DNA of 49,999 nt, from NCBI GenBank assembly GCA_010015585.1, contig ML975150.1; one strand, written 5' to 3'. Shown piece after piece: positions 49,555-49,999 of this stretch (the stretch's first letter is position 1; each line of letters opens with the position of its first letter). The stretch comes from Eremomyces bilateralis CBS 781.70 (lineage: Eukaryota). Made by a program: the position numbers and the translations under genes. A model generated the notes under the pieces. That model was not told where the DNA came from. It ran no database searches and saw only the letters and a program-made list of their open reading frames with translations.

Positions 49555-49999
49555 TGTCGCAAGATGCCCCTGTTGGTTTCTACTGCCACCTAACATTCCT
49601 TTCACTGCCCCCTACCCCTGGGCCATGTGACAGTCTTGGGCTTTGCCCAGTCTGTGTGTTGTGGCCTTGCGGCCTAAGGCAGAAGGGATGGGTAGACCGT
49701 TTGCCCACAGATGTAAATAGCAGATCGCAGTGAGAGAGATCTTCTCCTTCTCTCTTTAGCAATTCAACAGCGTTACCAGCTTACCAAATCCTTCGTGGTT
49801 TGGGCCCATGACAATTTGAATTGCTCATTCCTTTTCTGAAAGACGCTCGCTCATGCTGCCAACTTCGGAAATCGGCCGAAACAAGCTAGAACCTAGAAAT
49901 AGAAGAACCAGGATCAGAGATCAGTATCGGCACAATGGCTGATGCTATGGATCAAGACCAAGGACCGCCCCAGGGTCCACCGGGTCCACCGACAGGGAA
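49555..49999 (+). mobile_element. 5' end of a Ty3/gypsy-like (Tf1/sushi-type) LTR retrotransposon: LTR 49555-49813, self-priming PBS, gag-like start at 49935
   Basis: TGTC..GACA termini (259 bp); AGCAATTCAA (49758-49767) is the exact complement of TTGAATTGCT (49816-49825) just past the LTR; ORF MADAMDQDQGPPQGPPGPPTG runs off the window. Confidence 0.75.

Overview
Intron-containing genomic DNA from a filamentous ascomycete (Pezizomycotina-type; GT..AG introns mostly 42-74 nt with CTRAC/CTAAT-like branch sites). 1-27 kb is housekeeping: a 5'-truncated BEACH/WD40 gene, a HAL/NPR-type Ser/Thr kinase, an SDR, EFM4, DNA polymerase eta, a C2H2 protein, LYS9 and EFM7/NNT1. 27.6-40.7 kb is a complete seven-gene quinate utilisation (qa/qut) cluster (repressor, activator, DHS dehydratase, permease, quinate dehydrogenase, catabolic dehydroquinase, qutG/qa-x) with a candidate activator site in each promoter region. 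41-50 kb is an accessory, RIP-marked zone: an orphan gene with an internal WLDY.NAD repeat, a frameshifted MBOAT/TRI7-like pseudogene, LTR retrotransposon remnants, an 18-bp tandem array, a MITE nested in an LTR, a solo LTR with a 5-bp TSD, and an intact PTH11-like receptor gene bracketed by a short inverted motif next to which three LTR insertions lie. Two LTR elements show self-priming (Tf1/sushi-type) primer/PBS pairs with compensatory changes. Exon coordinates were read by eye; no database searches were run.
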